64,000 bases of DNA. Source: Octopus vulgaris. Its lineage: Eukaryota. The stretch is taken from NCBI GenBank assembly GCA_951406725.2, contig OX597818.1:147312001-147376000 (forward strand), read 5' to 3'. Below, in pieces: positions 62,966 through 64,000 of the stretch (position 1 is its first letter; each line of letters starts with the position of its first letter). The notes beneath the pieces are model-generated. The model ran no database searches and was not told the origin of the DNA. It worked only from the letters and a program-made list of their open reading frames with translations. Both the position numbers and the translations under genes were made by a program.

Positions 62966-64000
62966 TCAGTAGTTTTATTTTTATAGCGTGCTTTCACTTC
63001 ACTACCGAGCGCAGCTCTGTGTGCCTTGGGTATGTGCTGTGATTTGTTGTGATGCTCTGATGGTTATTGTATGGAAAGTGTTCTGCGTAGGATGTGTGCA
63101 GTGCCTAGTAGTGCAATTTTCTGTATGTTATATGTGTTTGTAAGTCCTGGTGTTTTTGTTATGTATTTGTCTGATTATTTTTTTATCATGCCTAATGCAC
63201 CTACTATGATAGGAATTGTTTCTGTTTTCAGATTCCACATTCTAGTTAGCTCTATTTCCAGGTCTTTGTATTTTGAGAGTTTCTCCATTTCTTTTAGAGA
63301 CACGTTGTCATCTGCCGGTATTGTTACATCAATTAGAAAGCATTTTTTTCTTCATGATCTCTGACAACTATATCTGGTCTGTTGGCCTTAATTTCTCTAT
63401 CTGTGTGTATCGGCATATCCCAGAGTATGGTTGCTTTCTCGTTTTCTGTGACCTTTTCTGGTGTGTGCCTATACCATCTTTTTTCTCTTGTTATTCCATA
63501 ATGTTTGCATAGCTTCCAGTGTATGTAGGTTCCAACTCTGTCATGTCTGTGAATATATTCTTTCTTAGCCAGGACTGGGCAGCCAGAGATAATATGATTT
63601 ATTGTTTCTTGTCCATCTCCACATATTCTGCAGTTACTTGTAATATTTCTTTTCATTACATGTTTTTGGTAATTTCTGGTGGGGAGGCTTTGGTCTTGTG
63701 CTGCAATTAAAAATCCCTCTGTCTCTGCTTTGAGTCTTGAGCTTCTCAGCCATTGCTGGGATTTTTCTTTGTCTATTTCTTTTGCGTTTAGTTTAGTCCA
63801 GTATTTACCATGAAGGGGCTTTTCTTGCCATCGTTTTATCATGGTTCGTTGCTGTTCTATTTTTAGTTTGGATTTCATTTGTTTTATAGTTTTTGTTGTT
63901 TCTTCATCTTCTTCTTTTTCATATTTATTAGGTGGTATGATTTCTTGTTTGTATTTGTCAGCTTCCTTAAATACTGAGAACAGTTTTTTGTTTTGCTCGT
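62965..64000 (-). mobile_element. R4/Dong-clade non-LTR retrotransposon 3' end (CCHC knuckle + restriction-like endonuclease); continues beyond the window
   Basis: PLHG, AAQDQSLPT, CRICGDGQETINHIISGC, RHD, NRPDIVV...LIDV...EKLSKYKDL, PIIVGALG; stop at 63064-63066; 3' UTR runs into (TAA)n; one frameshift (about 63345) and one internal stop. Confidence 0.92.

Overview
AT-rich, microsatellite- and transposon-rich animal genomic DNA. The SINE and LINE families suggest a coleoid cephalopod, most likely Octopus (inference). The window holds one complete protein-coding gene on the + strand, USP22/nonstop, the SAGA-module histone H2B deubiquitinase. I assembled it by hand from 13 GT-AG exons (5826-43304; 1686 nt CDS, 561 aa) with consistent intron phases, behind an ETS/NRF1/YY1/CCAAT-type promoter. 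The rest is repeats: tRNA-derived SINEs, RTE-clade LINEs with a PHD-like finger inside the RT (one copy has a ~945-codon uninterrupted frame and is nested in a hAT MITE), a non-autonomous Helitron, MITEs, a young Penelope-like element with a hammerhead-like motif, a CR1 fragment, an R4/Dong LINE end, and large fold-back (TAA/TAG)n and (TG)n arrays. I see no rRNA, tRNA, CRISPR or prokaryotic system and cannot establish a new biological system. The best leads are the RT-embedded PHD finger, the structured TAA/TAG arrays with their retroelements, an AUGA-overlapping uORF on USP22, and inverted LINEs flanking an in-phase block of exons.
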